A stretch of DNA of 64,000 bases from Flavobacteriales bacterium (lineage in GTDB: Bacteria; Bacteroidota; Bacteroidia; Flavobacteriales_D; Sanyastnellaceae), in the NCBI GenBank assembly GCA_042095135.1, contig JBELBV010000006.1, forward strand, positions 6,699-70,698, given 5' to 3'. Below, piece after piece: positions 59,475-64,000 of this stretch. The position numbers and the translations under genes are program-made. How positions within the stretch are numbered: position 1 is the first letter of the stretch; the number at the start of each line of letters is the position of its first letter. The notes beneath the pieces are model-generated. The model was given only the letters and a program-made list of their open reading frames with translations, ran no database searches and was not told the DNA's origin.

Positions 59475-59562
59475 TGGTACCCGGAGCGGGACTTGAACCC
59501 GCACGACCCTTCGGGTCAACAGATTTTAAGTCTGTCGTGTCTACCAATTCCACCATCCAGGC
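59475..59562 (-). tRNA. tRNA-Leu (anticodon UAA), class II with long variable arm, CCA encoded
   Basis: The reverse complement is GCCTGGATGGTGGAATTGGTAGACACGACAGACTTAAAATCTGTTGACCCGAAGGGTCGTGCGGGTTCAAGTCCCGCTCCGGGTACCA. 88 nt, nearly colinear with E. coli tRNA-Leu(UAA). Confidence 0.93.
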
Positions 59563-59620
59563 AGGTGGCCTCATCGAGACCGGACAAATTTAGGCCAAAA
59601 AAGCAGGAACACAGGGTTGG

Positions 59621-60907
59621 TCAGAGCGCGTTGCTCCACCCCTCCGCTATAGCGATTCCAGCACCGGCATTTTGATGTGCGTATTTGGCGGCTTTGAATC
59701 CGGCGCGCCGTGAAACATCTACGTTTTGGAGCGCCGATTGAATCGCCTCACGCAGGGTTGTAGGCGAATCGCAGACGCTCAACGCACCGGCTGTCTCTAA
59801 TGCAGCAACCTCCGCAAACCGACCCACCTGCGGACCGACCAAAATGCGCTTGCCATGGGCCGCCGGTTCGAGCGTGTTGTGCACGCCGGCGCCGAATCCG
59901 CCGCCGACCACCGCAACGTCTGCCACCGCATATGCGTCTAATAATTCCCCCATGGCGTCGACAATCAGCACATCACCCTCCGGCAACGCTGCCCGAGCAT
60001 CCGCACTTCGGTGCGCACTCCACACCACGGGTCGTGCACCCATCACTTCCCATCGTGACGCCTCGGCAGCGATGCTTTCAGCCGTCCATTCGTGGGGGAC
60101 GACAATGGCGCACTGCCCTTCTTGCCAAGCTTCGCGCGCTGCGTCCCATTCAGGTTGCCAGGCACTTCCGACCACGAAGCATGGGCGGTCGTTGACCCAC
60201 GTTTGCAGCGCTTGATCGGGCTGATGCTGGCCCACGGCGTCCAATACCCGGTCGAACCGAGGGTCACCGGCGACCTCGGCGTTGACTCCGTAGGCGGACA
60301 GCGTTGTCAAGGAAGCCTCGGTCTGCACCCAAACACGGCGCATGGCCTTCCACGCTTGGCGCTGGTAGCCACCGCCCCATCGAAACGGCCACCGTCCAGG
60401 CAGCACATGGCCTGCAAACAGGCCGACAGGCGCGCGAACCCGTATCAACTCGGCGACCAACGTCGGCCACGCATCGTATTTGGCGAAGAGGAGTCCACGC
60501 AAGCGTTCAGCACCACCTGCAGCTTGGACAAACGACCGCATCGAGGCGCGAACATCCAACGGCATCGCTGTCACGTGATCGGCTGCTGTCCACCATTCCG
60601 GTTGGCGGCGAGCGAACACATCCCACCCCGAAGCACTGTAAAACGAGAGCAAAAATGCATCTCCCGGATGCAAGGAACGCCAAGCCTCCATCACCGGTCG
60701 GGCCTGCTCGTATTCACCGACGGAAGCACAGTGAAACCACATCCACTGCTGCCCCGGTTTGAGCCGGGACGTCGCAACGCCCAGCGCCTTCAACCGACCC
60801 TCACGCATCGTCAACCAGCCGCGGGCTTTGGCGTGGCCGCACGTCGCTGCCATGCCGATTCCTGCGCGGTACAACCGCATTGCAATCCCGTGCCAAAAGC
60901 CGCCCAT
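59621..60907 (-). CDS. waaA: 3-deoxy-D-manno-octulosonic acid (Kdo) transferase
   Basis: 428 aa. ...WFHCASVGEYEQARPVMEA... is the KdtA N-terminal signature and a GT-B C-terminal half follows. The start overlaps the stop of the upstream gene (ATGA). Confidence 0.85.
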   Translation of the reverse strand: MGGFWHGIAMRLYRAGIGMAATCGHAKARGWLTMREGRLKALGVATSRLKPGQQWMWFHCASVGEYEQARPVMEAWRSLHPGDAFLLSFYSASGWDVFARRQPEWWTAADHVTAMPLDVRASMRSFVQAAGGAERLRGLLFAKYDAWPTLVAELIRVRAPVGLFAGHVLPGRWPFRWGGGYQRQAWKAMRRVWVQTEASLTTLSAYGVNAEVAGDPRFDRVLDAVGQHQPDQALQTWVNDRPCFVVGSAWQPEWDAAREAWQEGQCAIVVPHEWTAESIAAEASRWEVMGARPVVWSAHRSADARAALPEGDVLIVDAMGELLDAYAVADVAVVGGGFGAGVHNTLEPAAHGKRILVGPQVGRFAEVAALETAGALSVCDSPTTLREAIQSALQNVDVSRRAGFKAAKYAHQNAGAGIAIAEGWSNAL

Positions 60908-61680
60908 CAGTACCAGTGTTCTACGGATGAAGAACGCTTGTAGATGTGGAACACCCAGCCTACTTGCAACGAGATAAACCGGTCGTTCCGCGGCCCTTTT
61001 TCCACTTCCTGTGTGTCAAAATTCATCGGGCGCTGCGGCCACGTTCGCGCTTGCCAGAATTCCAGGCCGCCGTACCAATTGACGAGGCCGTTGTCGCTCA
61101 TGTGCCAATAACCGATGAACTCCTTCACCGCCACGCCCCACGTCAAGCGATCGTAGCCGGACAGGTAGGGCTGATCGAGCTGCGTGATGGGGTTTTCGGT
61201 GTTTTCAAAATGAATGCGGTGGTGGATGGATCCCACGCCAGCGAGGAGTAAGATGCCGGTGTTGGGATTCTTGCCTTGCAGTGGCATCAACTTGCCCCCA
61301 TCCAGGGTAAACAGCCCGCTGCGCCCTGAAATCGTCAGCAGCGCCACTTGGCCCTCGTTGTCGATCAACTGACCGTTCGGCGTCAGGAGGTTGGACAGAA
61401 CGCCCTCCTCTTCGACGCCATAGCCGAATCCAAAATTGGCATTTGCCCCGGCAAACCATCCCGATCGGAATTTGACGTGGAAGCCCGTGCCGAAGACGCC
61501 TCCGCTTCCAAACCGGTCGCCCAGTTCTCCCAGCGCAGCGCCGCCGCCGCCGTGCACGTGGATGTGCGGCGAGAAGAGCGCGCTGTCCCGCACGGAACGC
61601 TGGCCCCATGCCGGCGCACTTGCCATAGCCAGCAACAAAATCAAGGATGCGAAAGCAGTCGGTCTCATCGGTGCCTGCAA
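60907..61680 (-). CDS. Hypothetical outer-membrane beta-barrel-like protein
   Basis: 257 aa with signal peptide (ASLILLLAMASAPAWGQ). Gly/aromatic-rich alternating segments and a C-terminal ...VEHWY. No recognisable catalytic motif. Confidence 0.6.
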   Translation of the reverse strand: MQAPMRPTAFASLILLLAMASAPAWGQRSVRDSALFSPHIHVHGGGGAALGELGDRFGSGGVFGTGFHVKFRSGWFAGANANFGFGYGVEEEGVLSNLLTPNGQLIDNEGQVALLTISGRSGLFTLDGGKLMPLQGKNPNTGILLLAGVGSIHHRIHFENTENPITQLDQPYLSGYDRLTWGVAVKEFIGYWHMSDNGLVNWYGGLEFWQARTWPQRPMNFDTQEVEKGPRNDRFISLQVGWVFHIYKRSSSVEHWY

Positions 61681-61765
61681 GTTACCAATGCGGTGTTAGC
61701 TTTTTTGAATCATTGGGAAGATAACCGCGGAGGGCCGGGGTATTTTTGAAATTCAACTCTGAAAG

Positions 61766-62893
61766 GTGAATCAGAAAATCCACATGGTCGACCTGGTCGG
61801 CCAGCACGCCAAAATCCAAACGGAACTCGATGAAGCCATCGGCCGCGTCATGGCGACGGGCGCCTTCGTCAAGGGACCTGAAGTAGCGGCTTTTGCGGAA
61901 GAGCTGGCTGAATTTACCGGAGCGAAGCATGTGATTCCCTGTGGAAACGGCACCGACGCCTTGCAAATTGCCTTGATGGCGCTGGATGTTGGGCCGGGAG
62001 ACGAAGTCATCACCACCGGCTTTACCTTCATATCAACGGTGGAAGTGGTCGCCTTGATGGGGGCCAAACCGGTGCTCGTTGATGTGCATCCGGATACCTT
62101 CACCATCGATGCAGAGCAGGTGCGCGCCGCCATCACCCCTCGAACGAAAGCAATCGTGCCCGTTCACCTGTTTGGTCAAATGGCCGACATGGATGCCCTG
62201 ATGGACATCAGCGAATCCACCGGCATTCCCATCATTGAAGACAACGCCCAGGCCATTGGCGCGGCCTGGTGCGGGCAGCGTCATGGACAGGCTGGCACCT
62301 TCGGCCTGATGGGCACGACGAGCTTTTTCCCATCCAAAAACTTGGGATGCATGGGCGACGGCGGTGCGATTGTCACCTCCGATGATGCCGTCGCTGCGCG
62401 TTGCAAGCAGATCGCCAACCACGGGATGGCCAAGCAATACCAGCACGATGTGGTCGGAATCAATTCCCGATTGGACGGATTGCAAGCGGCCATCCTCCGG
62501 GTGAAACTCAAGCATCTGCGCGGATACCTCGCCGCAAGGCAGGCCGCAGCAGCGCGGTACGATGCCCTGCTGGAAGGCCTCGCTGGCCTGCACATCCCCG
62601 TGCGTGAGCACCGCAGCTCCCACGTGTTCCACCAGTACACCCTGAAAATTGAAGACGGCAAGCGCGATGCCCTCCGCGCACACCTCACTGAGTACGGAAT
62701 TCCGTCGGGTGTTTATTACCCGGTACCGGGGCACGCGCAACAAGCCTTTTCGCAATTTCAATACAATTCAGATGATTACCCCGTTAGCTCCGAATTGGCA
62801 CAAACCGTGCTTTCGCTGCCCATACACACAGAATTAAACGACGATCAGCAGCAGTTCATCTCAGGTATAATTCTTAAATTTATGGACCAATAA
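61766..62893 (+). CDS. DegT/DnrJ/EryC1/StrS family PLP-dependent sugar aminotransferase
   Basis: 375 aa. ...VIPCGNGTDAL..., the SFFPSKNLG region with the PLP lysine context, and YYPVP. The start is GTG at 61766 or ATG at 61784. Confidence 0.88.
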   Translation: MNQKIHMVDLVGQHAKIQTELDEAIGRVMATGAFVKGPEVAAFAEELAEFTGAKHVIPCGNGTDALQIALMALDVGPGDEVITTGFTFISTVEVVALMGAKPVLVDVHPDTFTIDAEQVRAAITPRTKAIVPVHLFGQMADMDALMDISESTGIPIIEDNAQAIGAAWCGQRHGQAGTFGLMGTTSFFPSKNLGCMGDGGAIVTSDDAVAARCKQIANHGMAKQYQHDVVGINSRLDGLQAAILRVKLKHLRGYLAARQAAAARYDALLEGLAGLHIPVREHRSSHVFHQYTLKIEDGKRDALRAHLTEYGIPSGVYYPVPGHAQQAFSQFQYNSDDYPVSSELAQTVLSLPIHTELNDDQQQFISGIILKFMDQ

Positions 62894-62900
62894 AAAAGCA

Positions 62901-64000
62901 ATGAAGATAGCGGTAGTAGGAACCGGATACGTGGGCCTCGTCACGGGGACATGTTTCGCGGAGACGGGCAACGACGTGGTCTGCGTTGACATCGATGCAC
63001 GGAAAGTCGCCTCCATGAAGGGGGGCAACATCCCGATTTATGAACCCCACTTGGACGTCTTGTTCGAGCGTAACATCAAGGCGGGCCGACTCGCCTTCAC
63101 GACTTCGCTCTCTGAAGCCGTGGTCGATGCAAAACTCATCTTTTTGGCCCTTCCCACGCCTCCGGGCGAGGACGGTTCGGCCGATTTGAGCTACGTTCTT
63201 GGGGTCGCCGATGAACTCGGCAAAATGATCAAGGACTACAAGGTCATCATCGACAAGAGCACCGTACCTGTCGGCACCGCTGATAAAGTACACGCGGCCG
63301 TGGCTGCGAATGCCACCGTGGACTTCGACATTGTTTCGAATCCAGAATTCCTCCGGGAAGGGTTTGCGGTGGACGACTTCATGAAGCCCGACCGGGTGGT
63401 CATCGGATGCTCCAGCGCCCGTGCCCAAAAACTGATGGAAGAGCTCTACAAGCCGTTTGTGCGCCAAGGCAACCCCATCATCTTCATGGACGAAAAGAGT
63501 GCGGAATTGACCAAGTACGCGGCCAATTCTTTCCTCGCAACGAAAATCACCTTCATGAACGAAGTGGCCAACTTCTGCGAGTTGGTGGGAGCGGACGTCG
63601 ACAAGGTACGGCGCGGCATGGGCACAGACACGCGCATCGGATCGCGCTTCCTCTTCCCCGGCATCGGCTACGGCGGCAGCTGCTTCCCCAAGGACGTGCA
63701 GGCCTTGCACAAAAGCGGCCAGCAAGCTGACTTTGAATTCGGCATCCTGACCAGCGTCATGCAAGCCAACGAGGCCCAGAAAACAATTCTTTTCGACCCC
63801 TTGCGGGATTACTTCAAGGGGGGCCTCAAGGGCAAAAAAATCGCCCTGTGGGGATTGGCATTCAAGCCCGAAACAGACGACATCCGTGAGGCGCCAGCAT
63901 TGTACATGATTGACAAGCTCACGGCAGCGGGTGCTGAAGTTGTGGCATTCGACCCGGAGGCTATGGACAACGTCCGCGGAAGAATCGGCGACCAAATTCA
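62901..64000 (+). CDS. ugd: UDP-glucose 6-dehydrogenase, 3'-truncated by window edge (not in ORF track)
   Basis: Hand translation from the ATG at 62901 gives MKIAVVGTGYVGLVTGTCFAETGNDVVCVDIDARKVASMKGGNIPIYEPHLD.... The frame is still open at 64000 (...FDPEAMDNVRGRIGDQI). The tracked 371-aa minus-strand ORF here is its antisense shadow. Confidence 0.92.
   Translation, partial: MKIAVVGTGYVGLVTGTCFAETGNDVVCVDIDARKVASMKGGNIPIYEPHLDVLFERNIKAGRLAFTTSLSEAVVDAKLIFLALPTPPGEDGSADLSYVLGVADELGKMIKDYKVIIDKSTVPVGTADKVHAAVAANATVDFDIVSNPEFLREGFAVDDFMKPDRVVIGCSSARAQKLMEELYKPFVRQGNPIIFMDEKSAELTKYAANSFLATKITFMNEVANFCELVGADVDKVRRGMGTDTRIGSRFLFPGIGYGGSCFPKDVQALHKSGQQADFEFGILTSVMQANEAQKTILFDPLRDYFKGGLKGKKIALWGLAFKPETDDIREAPALYMIDKLTAAGAEVVAFDPEAMDNVRGRIGDQI

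Noticed and set aside
62880-63995. A 371-aa ORF on the minus strand covering almost the whole right end of the window.
   Set aside because: The plus strand in the same interval encodes a textbook UDP-glucose 6-dehydrogenase (MKIAVVGTGYVGLVTGTCFAE... through ...FDPEAMDNVRGRIGDQI). The minus-strand ORF has no recognisable motifs. It is the expected stop-depleted antisense frame of a GC3-rich gene, because antisense stops require the rare sense codons TTA, CTA and TCA.

Overview
The window is a largely housekeeping chromosomal segment from a Bacteroidota genome. Supporting signs are three proteins ending in type-A T9SS C-terminal sorting domains, a GWxTD protein, a DUF4290-murA pair, an rpsL-rpsG-fusA-rpsJ operon with no tuf, and a TAnnTTTG-type promoter box. 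G+C is moderately high and visibly heterogeneous.

The centre (14.6-32.5 kb, minus strand) is the complete str/S10/spc/alpha ribosomal superoperon, running rpsL to rplQ. It includes secY, map, infA, rpoA and two short genes missing from the ORF track, rpmJ and rpmD.

Flanking genes:
- Envelope and LPS: lpxH (partial), murA, waaA, hldD, a DegT aminotransferase, ugd (partial).
- Central metabolism and cofactors: lipA, eno, carA, and a folE2 plus 6-pyruvoyl-tetrahydropterin synthase pair.
- Nucleic acid and translation: rmuC, rlmB, alaS, a UvrD/PcrA-like helicase, tRNA-Gly(GCC), tRNA-Leu(UAA).
- Stress and chaperones: OsmC, grpE-dnaJ.
- Other: an ABC transporter, a Ppx/GppA phosphatase, a sigma-54 activator, and several lipoprotein, outer-membrane or T9SS-cargo proteins of unknown function.

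I found no CRISPR array, integrase, transposase, reverse transcriptase, toxin-antitoxin pair or recognisable defence module, and I cannot point to a convincing new multi-gene system. The observations most worth a second look are:
1. A secreted PAD/agmatine-deiminase family enzyme with PPAD-like architecture.
2. An overlapping ABC / ABC-2 / Ppx-GppA operon ending in an orphan sigma-54 activator with no DNA-binding domain.
3. Ribosomal protein L17 carrying about 100 aa of tandem Ala/Glu/Pro repeats.
4. A translationally coupled eukaryote-type PTPS and FolE2 pterin module.
5. A tRNA-adjacent segment encoding only unknown envelope proteins.
6. An unknown outer-membrane protein start/stop-overlapped with waaA.

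All functional calls rest on by-eye motif recognition and gene order. No database search was run.
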